Notes: generated by a model from the letters alone, not told the origin. A stretch of DNA of 63,395 bases, filler included, from Octopus bimaculoides (GCF_001194135.2; 5 parts of 5 records of this genome joined end to end with filler, not necessarily neighbours in it); one strand, 5' to 3'. Numbered from the whole stretch's first letter, positions 40,270 through 50,884 are shown. A program made the numbers and translations.

Positions 40270-40420
40270 CACTTCCTGCCTCTTTCTTCCGACCAATTCA
40301 TCATGCTTGACACCAACACCATCCTTTTTCTCCCTCTACTTCTTTTCCCTCCAATCTTTCCAGTCATCGCTAAATTCCTGAAGCCCACTTTCTTTGTCAC
40401 AAAACAAAGAAAACAAATAC
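40270..40420 (-). mobile_element. RTE-type LINE C-terminal fragment
   Basis: NLAMTGKIGGKRSRGRKRM...W motif. Confidence 0.55.
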
Positions 40421-40884
40421 CAAATGAGATGAGAATATTGAGTTTTAATTGATATGGCTTTGTAATTAACAACACTCCTTGTTTCTTGCTTCTAATGTAA
40501 TTATGTTGTTGTTAACAATGTCACTAATTATTTGGGAAAGGTCTGTCATTATTTTGAAGTTATATAAAAATAGTTAGTGATGTTTATTGTAGTTCTGAAA
40601 TTGGGTGCAAAAAGCAGGTTTGGTTGTTCATCTCATGATATGACATGAGATTTGTGTGGATATTTTGAAGCTTTTTCTTCTTTGTGCACGTGTGTGTGTA
40701 TATATATAGGAAGGTCAAAATCACATGATCTGATGGTGGAGTTGGTGGGAATTTATCCCTCTGCTAGCAATATAAACAAGAGTGCATTTTGCACCAAAGG
40801 CCAATATGGCAGTTTCTCTCATGGTATTTACTGCAGCAAAGTTTATTCTTACAGAACATCCATGTTTAAGTAGAAATGAATATT

Positions 40885-41365
40885 CTTTTCTACTCTAGGC
40901 ACAAGGCCCGAAATTTTAAGGGCTGGGGCCAGTCGATTAGATTGACCCCAGTGCGCAACTAGTACTTAATTTATCGACCCCCAAAAGGATTTAGAAATAA
41001 TACATTTCTAAATCTCTCAGAGAGATTTATGCGGTAGTGATACAATGAAATTGTTGTATGCTGTCAACTTAATGTGACAGTCCCCTGAAGGGAATAATAC
41101 TAGCTGCACCGCCTCCTGTCAGCCTTGACACATTTCCATAAGGACACAGGAAATGTGTCAAGGCCGATGGGAAGTGGTACAGCTTCCTAGGTCTAACCAA
41201 CAGTAGTATTATTCCCTTCAGGGGACTGTCACATTAAGTTGACAGCATACAACTACCCCAAAAGGATGAAAGGCAAAGTCGACCTCGGTGGAATTTGAAC
41301 ACAGAACATAAAGACAGACGAACTACCACTAAGCATTTCCCCTGGTGTGCTAACGTTTCTCAGCT
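40885..41365 (-). mobile_element. SINE interrupted by the hairpin insertion
   Basis: SINE core split at gacccc|ccccaaaaggatgaaaggcaaagtcgacc. Confidence 0.8.
40991..41255. mobile_element. 265-bp hairpin element inserted into a SINE with a 12-bp TSD
   Basis: ccccaaaaggat at 40979-40990 and 41256-41267; perfect 50-bp inverted arms 41053-41102 and 41204-41253, plus inner arms. Confidence 0.8.
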
Positions 41366-41459
41366 TTAAGTAGAAATAAATATTACCTCTTGGTAGTAAT
41401 ACTGCTTTTGTTGCTAGTACTTATATATAAGTATATATATATATATATATATATTGTGG

Positions 41460-41504
<45 letters not shown>

Positions 41505-42059
41505 NNNNNNNNNNNNNNNNNNNNNNNNNNNNNNNNNNNNNNNNNNNNNNNNNNNNNNNNNNNNNNNNNNNNNNNNNNNNNNNNNNNNNNNNNNNNNNNN
41601 NNNNNNNNNNNNNNNNNNNNNNNNNNNNNNNNNNNNNNNNNNNNNNNNNNNNNNNNNNNNNNNNNNNNNNNNNNNNNNNNNNNNNNNNNNNNNNNNNNNN
41701 NNNNNNNNNNNNNNNNNNNNNNNNNNNNNNNNNNNNNNNNNNNNNNNNNNNNNNNNNNNNNNNNNNNNNNNNNNNNNNNNNNNNNNNNNNNNNNNNNNNN
41801 NNNNNNNNNNNNNNNNNNNNNNNNNNNNNNNNNNNNNNNNNNNNNNNNNNNNNNNNNNNNNNNNNNNNNNNNNNNNNNNNNNNNNNNNNNNNNNNNNNNN
41901 NNNNNNNNNNNNNNNNNNNNNNNNNNNNNNNNNNNNNNNNNNNNNNNNNNNNNNNNNNNNNNNNNNNNNNNNNNNNNNNNNNNNNNNNNNNNNNNNNNNN
42001 NNNNNNNNATATATATATGTTTGTATGTATATATGTATGTATGTATGTATGTATAATAG

Positions 42060-42240
42060 GCGCAGGAGTGGTTGTGTCGTAAGTAGCTTGCTTATCAACC
42101 ACATGCTTCTGGGTTCAGTCCCACTGTGTGGCACATTGGGCAGGTGTCTTCTACTATAGCCTTGGGCTGACCAAAGCCTCGGGCTGACCAAAGCCTTGTG
42201 TGTGGATTTGGTAGATGGAAACTGAAAGAAGCCCATCATG
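42060..42240 (+). mobile_element. SINE head
   Basis: ggcgcaggagtggttgtgt.gtaagtagcttgct...gggttcagtcccactgtgtggcac.ttgggca...ccaaagccttgtg.gtggatttggtagatggaaactgaaagaagccc. Confidence 0.8.
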
Positions 42241-42589
42241 TATATATATGTGTGTTTGTTTGTGTGTGTGTGTGTGTTTTATTTATGTATTCTCATGCAT
42301 ATAGTTACATACCTAGACATGCTCATATATGTTTAAATGATAAACTTTTGGAAAGTTTTACAGATCTTTACAGTTCCAGTGATTGATTGCATCTGTAGTC
42401 TTCGAATTAGCTTTCTCCTTTTTGGTTTTGAGAAGCCTAATTTCTCAAGATTGGTATTTGGGCAGTGTTGTATGTATTTATGTATATGTGAATGTATATC
42501 TATACAAGGATGTGTATATGTCTATGCATATGTATGTATACATCTATATATAAAAACGTCAATCCTAATTCTCTTCTTTTCTTCCTCAG

Positions 42590-42734
42590 GTATTGAAGGT
42601 AGAATCATGACTGGTCAACTGACAGCGAAGGACCTACAGACTGGCTTCGGATCAGCAGCATCCGTTTCCTATAAATCCTTTATCAATGATCCTTTGACCA
42701 GTAAAAAGCAGTCATCTCGTTTCATGAGGGGCAG
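42590..42734 (+). CDS. Internal coding exon A of an uncharacterised multi-exon gene
   Basis: Acceptor ctcttcttttcttcctcag, donor gtgagt; 145 nt; phase 1 to phase 2. Only one open frame: (G)IEGRIMTGQLTAKDLQTGFGSAASVSYKSFINDPLTSKKQSSRFMRG(R). Confidence 0.8.
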
Positions 42735-42879
42735 GTGAGTTTCGACAGGTGTTGCTTTTGTGTTGTAGTGTCTCCCACTCATCGATGTAAACCCTACCTT
42801 TCGTGTGTTGTACCTCCTCCTTTGATAATGTCCTTCATAGCTTGAGCCAATGTGGCCAACAAAAGAATTCATTATTATT

Positions 42880-43350
42880 ATTACCTGTTGAGGCAAGTGA
42901 AATCGAAATCAAACTAAATTCAACGACTGGCACCCATGCCAACGTCGTCTCCTTCATTGGACATGAAAGTCGGCTTGCGAAGACCTGTTGGGGCAAGCGA
43001 AAGCGAAATCGTGATGGCACCTGTGCCCAGCCTCGCTTTTCTGGCACATGTGCCCGTGGCATGTGTAAGGACTTTCGAGCAAGTTCGTTGCCAGTGCCGC
43101 TGGACTGGCTCTTGTGTGGATGGCACGTAAAATACACCATTTTGAGCATGGCCATTGCCAGTACCGCCTGACTGGCCTTCGTGCCGGTGGGACGTAAAAG
43201 CACCCACTACACTTTCTGAGTGGTTGGCGTTAGGAAGGGCATCCAGCTGTAGAAACTCTGCCAAATCAGATTGGAGCCTGGTTCGCCAGTCCTCTGTCAA
43301 ATCATCCAACCCATGCTAGCATGGAAGGCGGACGTTAAACGATGATGATG
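42880..43350 (+). mobile_element. RTE-derived 3' tail repeat
   Basis: Same tail as 46570-47470, ending ggcggacgttaaacgatgatgatg. Confidence 0.75.
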
Positions 43351-43382
43351 ATGATTATTATTATTGTTGTTGTTTATTATAA

Positions 43383-43413
<31 letters not shown>

Positions 43414-43414
43414 A

Positions 43415-43485
<71 letters not shown>

Positions 43486-43489
43486 AGAC

Positions 43490-44135
43490 GTCGCACAGTA
43501 TCCAATATCTTTATAATTTTGATTGAAGGTAGTGTCTACCAGGGGTTTGTACTCTCTGTCAAGTCACAACTAGGACCTCAGACAGACAGTACTTTACGCA
43601 ATATGCATTCAGTACCAAATAATACCGATTTTTGCAATATACCTAGATTGTAGGGTATTTCTAAAGTTTCCAGATGTTTCCTCAGGTTGGGTAGTTTTGA
43701 AACCAATGCTCTGACAACAACAGGGACAACCTTTATGTTTGACTCTCACAGCTGCCACATCTTGGCAATCTCAATTCTCAGGTCTTCATATTCCTCAATC
43801 TTGTCCTTTTCTTCCATCTCCAGGCACTGCTACATCGTTTATTAGGCACTCTTGTTTGTCCCTCCTAAAGGTTACTATGTCCAGCCTTCGGTGCTCTAAC
43901 ACGTTGTCTGTCTGGAAGTTAAAGTGGACTAGGAGTTTTGCCTTCCCCTTTTCATCCATTACCTTCTCTGGTGTGTGTTGGTACCAAGCACCCATTACCT
44001 CATAGCCATACTTCTGGCATAGTAGCCAGTGAAGGTTTTGGGCTTCCTTGTGGTGTCTGTACTTGTACTTTTTCTGCGCAAGACTTTCACAAGCACTAAC
44101 AATGTGAGTCACGCTTTCAACCCTTTTCCCACAAC
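43490..44135 (-). mobile_element. R4/Dong-like LINE 3' end between (TAA)n tracts
   Basis: HIVSACESLAQKKYKYRH...WLLCQKYG...QTDNVLEHRRLDIV...INDVAVPGD...KYEDLRIEIAKMW...VPVVVRALVS; (AAT)n tail at about 43380-43485. Confidence 0.85.
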
Positions 44136-44141
44136 ATCCTG

Positions 44142-44208
<67 letters not shown>

Positions 44209-44641
44209 GCCTTTGCACGCTGGAGATGTACTGCAGTGTCAGCTGTTCACTACCAGTGAACTAAGGTAACACCTCTTATTTTTTGAGCACCTTCCGGAGT
44301 ATTCAAGTGGTTCCAAGCAGTGCTGTTTTCTGCAAGTGCTCCACCCTTATTGCAGCCCCTATTTGTTCCACATACTTCTCAAGATTTTTGCTCACTGTTC
44401 CCAGGGCTCCAACAATTATTGGTACTACTGCTATCTTTTTCATCGACCNNNNNNNNNNNNNNNNNNNNNNNNNNNNNNNNNNNNNNNNNNNNNNNNNNNN
44501 NNNNCTATCGACTTTTCTTTCTTCCTTATCGCATACCTTGTTGTCAGCTGGGCATGCTATAGCTATGATCCAGCATCGTTTGCTTTCTTTCTCAATTAAG
44601 ACTATGTCTGGCTTCCTATTCTCTATCCCATGGTCGCACTG

Positions 44642-44642
<1 letters not shown>
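44209..44642 (-). mobile_element. R4/Dong-like LINE 3' end between (TAA)n tracts
   Basis: QCDHGIENRKPDIVLIEKESKRCWIIAIACPAD...VVPIIVGALGTVSKNLEKY...LQKTALLGT. Confidence 0.85.
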
Positions 44643-44686
<44 letters not shown>

Positions 44687-44689
44687 AGG

Positions 44690-44900
44690 TGGTGAGATTG
44701 CAGAATCATTAGCATGCCAGGCAAAATGCTTAGCAGCATTTCTTCTGTCTTTACATTCTGAGTTCAAATTCTGCTGAGGTCAACTTTGCCTTTTGTCCTT
44801 TTGGAGGTAATGAAATAAGTACCAGTCAGTCACTGGGGTTGATGTAACAAACTCGCTCCTTCCCACAAAATTTCAGGCCTTGTGCCTATTGTAGAAAGGA
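44690..44900 (+). mobile_element. SINE
   Basis: ggcagaatcattagca.gccaggcaaaatgcttagc...gagttcaaattc.gc.gaggtc.actttgcc. Confidence 0.8.
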
Positions 44901-44907
44901 TTACTAT

Positions 44908-45278
44908 TATTACCTCTGCCTTCGCTAAGGTGGAGGTATTGTTTTCAGTTGTGTTTGTTTGTTTGTTTGTCCATGGACAAGATATCTCAAAAACTGCCGG
45001 ATGGATTTGGATGAAACTTTCAGGGATACTTGGCCTTGTGACTAGCACAGACTTATTAGATTTTGGGATCAATCTGGTACAGCACAAGGATTCTGGATTA
45101 TTTTTCCTGTTTTTTAATTAATTTTTGAGAGCAGTCAGATTCATTTTTAGTATTCTCATTTGCAAGAGCAGTCGAGTTTATTTCAGATATTCTCATTTTA
45201 AAAATCATCTCCGGCTAATCATTAAGAGGACATTGGAATTGCCTTAGCAGAGGTTTCCACTCTCTGAGTGCCCTTGTT
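44908..45278 (+). mobile_element. Non-autonomous Helentron (HINE/DINE-1-like)
   Basis: Subterminal inverted repeats acctctgccttcgctaagg / ccttagcagaggt, (GTTT)n, 'atatctcaaaaac..gatggatttggatgaaac' block, 3' stem-loop cactc-tct-gagtg, T-rich flanks. Confidence 0.75.
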
Positions 45279-45289
45279 ATTATTCTTTT

Positions 45290-45560
45290 TAACTCAGATT
45301 TTGCTGGAATTCCTGGAGTCTTGCATGAGTAGCAGGCTTGCTACCTGCAGCCTATGGTACCATGCAATCCATTCTTTCCAGCTTTCTAATACTTTCCTGA
45401 CCATGCCAAGGGGACAAACCTTTAGTAACAGTTCTACAGGGCACTCTATTCCAGTTTCCTTTATATTCCCCTTGATGCCTTCTGAGACTGTTCCGAAGGA
45501 CCCAACAATAATTGGCACTATCTTCACCTTCTCCATTTTCCATAACCAGGCTATTTCATA
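45290..45560 (-). mobile_element. R4/Dong-like LINE 3' fragment
   Basis: MEKVKIVPIIVGSFGTVSEGIKGNIKETGIECPVELLLKVCPLGMVRKVLE. Confidence 0.75.
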
Positions 45561-45668
45561 CTATTTTGTTGGCCAAAGGGGCACACGGCATCAGCTATAT
45601 AGCACATGTGGCATACCTTGTTCACCACCATTATCATTATTATTAAATGTTCTTGTTTCATTTCTAAG

Positions 45669-45811
45669 AATCCAAGAGTTCCTAAATTCCTCCTTCTACA
45701 TGGCACCTGCCCCTGTGGCGAAATTGTCGAAACCTTTGAATGTGGAACTGAAATTTGATGCACACAAAAACTTTGGAGAGAACAGACCAATGTTGATATT
45801 CTGGGACACAG
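45669..45811 (+). CDS. Internal coding exon B of the uncharacterised gene
   Basis: Acceptor ttgtttcatttctaag, donor gtaagt; 143 nt; phase 2 to phase 1, matching exons A and C. (R)IQEFLNSSFYMAPAPVAKLSKPLNVELKFDAHKNFGENRPMLIFWDT(D). Confidence 0.8.
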
Positions 45812-45842
45812 GTAAGTCATGTGGCTTTTCTTGTTACTGTTA

Positions 45843-46400
45843 TTTAGCCCCAGGTCAGTCCTGGTCCAGCAGACCTATGACCAAATGCGTTCCAGATATG
45901 ACCATCGTATCTTTTACTTGGACATAGTGTATCTAGGACTACATTATCTAATGGGTCCTTCTTTAACTCCAGCTCCACCCTGATCCAGCAGACCTATGGT
46001 CAACGAAATTCCAAATGTGACCATCAGGTATCTTAGTCAGACATAGTGTATCTAGGACTACATTATTCAATGTATCTCTCCTTGTTATTGTTTAGCCCTA
46101 GGTCTCTCATGATTCAGTAGATTTATGATCAAGGGTGTTCCAACCATAACTATCCCGTCTTTTATTCAGACATAGTGTATCTAGGACTACATTGTCTAAT
46201 GTGTCCTTCCTTCTTTAGCCCCAGGTCAGTCCTGATCCAGCAAGCATATGATCAATTGTGTTCCAGTAGCTGACCAAGGATCTTCTTTTATTCAGACAGT
46301 GTATCTAGGACTACATTGTCTAGTGTGTCCTGGTTTTGCCCCCAGTCACTCCTGATCTGGAAGACCTATGGTCAAAGATATTCCAGCCAGTTCCCTCTCA
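45843..46400 (+). repeat. Tandem array of about 120-bp units (about 4.5 copies)
   Basis: Recurrent tttagccccaggtca.tcctg.tccagcagacctatg...gacatagtgtatctaggactacatt at about 45843, 45961, 46091, 46214 and 46334. Confidence 0.85.
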
Positions 46401-46569
46401 TTTTTCATTCAGCCAACATCCTCACCAAACACGCAGGCCCTAAAAATAGAGACAATAACTTCAAAAGCCTTAACACCATTAGACCTGAGCTCAAGAATAC
46501 AAGCATAACACCTAGATGCCATTTTGAATTTCTCTCAAAAACTTGCTAAGGTTCTTCGATCTTTTGTTA

Positions 46570-47470
46570 GTTTCAGTCTGGCCACATAAATATGTATATG
46601 TCTCGACCTCCAAACATTAGGCCTCACCGAGGCAATGACTTGTGACCGAGACCTTTGGAAATATGCTGTGCGTGAGAAGACCCGGCAAGCCAAGTGAGAC
46701 CATAACCCGTGGCCTTTACCAGGGGTGTAGCCAGCCCACTTACACGTAACATTCCTTTCATTGGACACTACACTCCGCTTGCGAAGACCTGTTGAGGCAA
46801 ATGAAATCGAACTAAATTTGTAGACTGGCACCCATGCCAACGTCTCTTCATTCAACACTAAACTCAGCTTGTGAAGACCTGTTNNNNNNNNNNNNNNNNN
46901 NNNNNNNNNNNNNNNNNNNNNNNNNNNNNNNNNNNNNNNNNNNNNNNNNNNNNNNNNNNNNNNNNNNNNNNNNNNNNNNNNNNNNNNNNNNNNNNNNNNN
47001 NNNNNNNNNNNNNNNNNNNNNNNNNNNNNNNNNNNNNNNNNNNNNNNNNNNNNNNNNNNNNNNNNNNNNNNNNNNNNNNNNNNNNNNNNNNNNNNNNNNN
47101 NNNNNNNNNNNNNNNNNNNNNNNNNNNNNNNNNNNNNNNNNNNNNNNNNNNNNNNNNNNNNNNNACCAGTGGCACAGGAAGACATTTGAGCGAGATCGTT
47201 GCCAGTGATGCTGGACTGGCTCCTGTGCAGGTGGCACGTGACAAACAACATTTGAGTGTGGTCGTTGCCAGAACCCCTTGACTGGCCCTCGTGCCGGTGG
47301 CATGTAAAAGCACTCACTACACTCTCAGAGTGGTTGGCGTTAGGAAGGGCATCCAGCTGTAGAAACTTTGCCAGATCAGATTGAGCCTGGTGCAGCCTCT
47401 GGCTCACCAGTCCTCAGTCAAACCGTCCAACCCATGCCAACAAAGAAAGCAGATGTTAAACGATGATGAT
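46570..47470 (+). mobile_element. RTE-clade LINE 3' end with internal tandem repeats (gap inside)
   Basis: DLQTLGLTEAMTCDRDLWKYAVREKTRQAK* then tail ...gagtggttggcgttaggaagggcatccagctgtagaaac...ccatgc...gttaaacgatgatgat. Confidence 0.75.
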
Positions 47471-47640
47471 GATGAGGATGATATATATATACAGAAAGAA
47501 GAAAATGGAAGTGATACAGAAATAGTATACATTAACTGTTAGTCATTTATTCTAAAGCATTTATGAGAATATATACATATGTAAAGACTGTGTATTACAT
47601 AATACGTACCAGTAATTCATAGGATAGAAAAAGAACGGTT

Positions 47641-47763
47641 TCTTACAGCCGTTTCTGCCAAGAGGTCACAATACCCTACATGTTATTTCCATCTCTTCAG
47701 TGTTCTATAGTGATCGGTAGATAAGATTAGGGTATTGGGTGTGCCTCTAGGCTTCATCACAGA
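47641..47763 (-). ncRNA. Hammerhead-like motif with a long stem II
   Basis: Minus strand: tct-GTGATGA-a-gcctagagg...caatacccta//tagggtattg...cctcttggc-a-GAAA-cggctg-TA-aga. Core has C3 to G; stem I only 3 bp; stem II has a 9-bp (one mismatch) and a perfect 10-bp helix. Confidence 0.5.
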
Positions 47764-47884
47764 GTTTAAAAGAGGGTCTAAAAAGTTCAGAGGGCTAATG
47801 CATGTATATATAAATATACATATACACACTCATATACATACATACATATNNNNNNNNNNTATATATATATATTCAGTAATATAT

Positions 47885-48280
47885 ATCTGGAAGACCCTGG
47901 AAGGAATTGTGCCAAATTTGGGCATTGAAAGCTACACCAATGCCAGAACAGATAAACACTGCACTGTACCAAAGATCCCAGCAATGCTCTCACGCTTTAG
48001 GCCAACTATTGCAACAGCCTGTTTCAGGGGCCCACAGCTTTTTAATATTCTCCCAAAGAGCCTATACAAAGTGGATGTAGGTGTTTTCAAATCAAAACGG
48101 GACCTCTTCCTGTCAAGAGTCCCAGGTGAACTTACCTCACGGCAAGAGGTACAAATGAGGTTAGCTCCATCAAACTCCATTCTTCACCAAGTGCCACATA
48201 TTAGAGTAGGCTCTCAGTAATAACAGTGTAGCAAAACGGTGGTGCCCCAGAATGGCCACAGCTCTGAGCTGAAACTAAAG
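47885..48280 (+). mobile_element. CR1-like LINE 3' end
   Basis: LEGIVPNLGIESYTN...FRGPQLFNILPK...VDVGVFKSK.DLFLSRVP...SNSILHQ; ends ggtgccccagaatggccacagctctgagctgaaac. Confidence 0.75.
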
Positions 48281-48299
48281 ATATATATATATATATCAT

Positions 48300-48509
48300 T
48301 CTTTTTATTCTTTTACTTGTTTCAGTCATTTGATTGCGGCCATGCTGGAGCACCACTTCTTAGTTGAGCAAATCGACTCCAGGACTTATTTTTTGTTAGT
48401 CTGGTACTTAATCTATCAGTCCCTTTTTGATGAACTGCTAATTATGGGGATGTAAACACACTAGCATCGCATGTCAAGCAATGTTGGAGGAGGGGGGCAG
48501 ACACAGGCA

Positions 48510-48541
<32 letters not shown>

Positions 48542-48872
48542 NNNNNNNNNNNNNNNNNNNNNNNNNNNNNNNNNNNNNNNNNNNNNNNNNNNNNNNNNNN
48601 NNNNNNNNNNNNNNNNNNNNNNNNNNNNNNNNNNNNNNNNNNNNNNNNNNNNNNNNNNNNNNNNNNNNNNNNNNNACAGGCACAAACACACACACACACA
48701 CACACATACATTATATACAACGGGCTTCTTTCAGTTTCCATCTACCAAATTCACTCACAAGGCTTTGGTCGGCCCGAGGCTATTGTAGAAGACACTTGCC
48801 CAAGGTGCCACACAGTGGGACTGAACCCGGAACCATGTAGTTGGTAAGCAAGCTACTTACCACACAGCCACT
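48300..48872 (-). mobile_element. SINE (head 48715-48872, tail 48300-48520, gap between)
   Basis: Reverse complements of the head and tail blocks seen in other copies. Confidence 0.8.
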
Positions 48873-48933
48873 CATGTGTGTGTGTATTTATGAAGTATAT
48901 TATAAACAACCGATTCTTCTTGATATTTTTCAG

Positions 48934-49016
48934 ATTCCCAGACATGGGGAAGTGTTGAAGAGAATTGCAACAGAGAACCAAATATTGACATGGCGACCGG
49001 GACCTACAAAATAAAG
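48934..49016 (+). CDS. Internal coding exon C of the uncharacterised gene
   Basis: Acceptor ttgatatttttcag, donor gtgagg; 83 nt; phase 1 to phase 0. (D)SQTWGSVEENCNREPNIDMATGTYKIK; the other two frames contain stops. Confidence 0.8.
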
Positions 49017-49580
49017 GTGAGGGTTTCTTTGGACAGAAAACAGCAACAACAAAAAGAAAACCAAACATCTCTGCTTCCAACACAGTAGTTTAAAATGATA
49101 AAGTAAAATGGCTAACATTTTCATTTACAACCATCGACATCATCCTCATCATCATCATCATCGTCGTCGTCGTCGTCGTCATCATCATCATCATCCTGAT
49201 TTTCCTCATCATCCTCGTCCTCATCATCACCATCATCATTGCCTTAATGAACTGTAGTGAGTATGATAGTTCTTCTAAACAATTGGTTTAAGCTAATTAA
49301 TCATCGTTATCATCACCATTATCATTGTCATCATACCACCACTACAGCCACTGCCACTACCACCACCAACACCAGCCTCACCATTATCAAAATTGTCATT
49401 GCCGTTATCCTCAGCCTCCTCTTCTTACTCCTCTTCTTCATCATTACTATATCACTATTTTCACCCCCACCACAGTGATGACAACGACCACCACCACGAA
49501 CAACGATCCCCGCCATCACCATCACCACCACCACCACTGCTGCCACACTGTCACGTTTTAATAATTACCTTGTTTTACAG

Positions 49581-49733
49581 ATCTGTCCTTACAACAGCCT
49601 CTACTCCAATGAAGATGAGAACCAACAACGCTCAAGGAGAAGTACAAGCACCTCTGGATTTAAACCGACGCAGTATTCTTTCGTGTCCGCCAGTCCTTTT
49701 GTCAACACACCACCAATTATTCTGACAGACAAA
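49581..49733 (+). CDS. Internal coding exon D of the uncharacterised gene
   Basis: Acceptor ttaccttgttttacag, donor gtaatt; 153 nt; phase 0 to phase 0. ICPYNSLYSNEDENQQRSRRSTSTSGFKPTQYSFVSASPFVNTPPIILTDK. Confidence 0.75.
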
Positions 49734-49764
49734 GTAATTATGATTTTAAATCTTCGTTACAAGC

Positions 49765-50170
49765 ATGCTAGTGCCTCTAACCGCCTCCCATGCCAGTGGC
49801 ACATAAAGAGCACTGTGCGAATATGGTCAATGCCAGCGCCCCCTGGTGGCATGTAAAAAGAACCATCTGAACATGGTCGATGCCAGTGCCACCTGATTGG
49901 CTCCCATGCCATTGGCACATGAAAAGAACCATCTGAATGTGGTGCCACCTGACTGGCTGCTGTGCCAGTGCCATGTGGAAAGCACCCAACACACCCTGTA
50001 AAGTGGCTGGCATTAGGAAGGGCATCCAGCTGTAGAAACCTTGCCAGATCAGATTGGAGCCTGGTGCAGCTTACTGGTTTGTCAGTCCTCAGTCAAACTG
50101 TCCAACCCATGCCAACGGACATTAAATGGAAAGCGGACATTAAAAGACAACGACGACGACGATGATGATG
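49765..50170 (+). mobile_element. RTE-derived 3' tail repeat with about 60-bp internal tandem units
   Basis: Repeated gccagtg.c.cctga.tggct..tgcca.tggcacat..aaag units, then the RTE tail and (GAC/GAT)n. Confidence 0.7.
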
Positions 50171-50194
50171 ATGATGATGATATATAACCACTGG

Positions 50195-50605
50195 CATGGC
50201 TGTGTGGTTAAAAAGATTTTTAGCAACATGGTTTCAGGTTCCATCCCACTGCATGGCACCATGGGCAAGTGTCTTTAGCTCTAGCCTTGAACTGACCAAA
50301 GCCTTGCGAGTGAATTTGATAGGTGGAAACTGTGTGGGAGCTTTTTTGTGTGTCTGTGCCTCAATGTGTGAGTGTGTGTTTGTATGCATATGTATATATG
50401 TGTGTATGCCTTTGTGTTTGTGTTCGTCTCCCATTACGGTTTGACAACTGGTGTTGATTTGTTTATGTTCCTGTAACATTGTGGTTCAGCAAAGGAGACT
50501 GATAAAATAAATACAAGATATAAAAATAAATACTGGCATTGATTTAACCGAGTTCTTCAAGGCAATGCTCCAGCATGGCTGCAGTCCAATGACTGAAACA
50601 AGTAA
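50195..50605 (+). mobile_element. Full-length degenerate SINE
   Basis: ggcatggctgtgtggtt...ccaaagccttgcgagtg.atttg...gctccagcatggctgcagtc.aatgactgaaacaagtaaaag. Confidence 0.75.
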
Positions 50606-50884
50606 AAGATCAAAGATCACTTATGTTAGCTCTGACATAACTGTTTGTTTTCTACGCAGAAGGCAGCCTAAGGAAAATTCTTCCAGTTATTATTTTGGGT
50701 TCATAAACCAGTTACCATTTCTCATTCAAAACCTATTTATATATTATATTACACTCACACACCCACCTGCACATACATGCAGGTGGGTGTGTACAGGTAT
50801 ATATGTGCGTGAGTGGGTGTAGGTGTGGGCATGTCTGTGAGGATTATGATGATGATGATGATGATGACAATGAATAATTCTTGC

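Noticed and set aside
40796-40830. Candidate upstream exon region for the novel gene (NINKSAFCTKGQYGSFSH)
   Set aside because: Weak acceptor and donor, no supporting homology.
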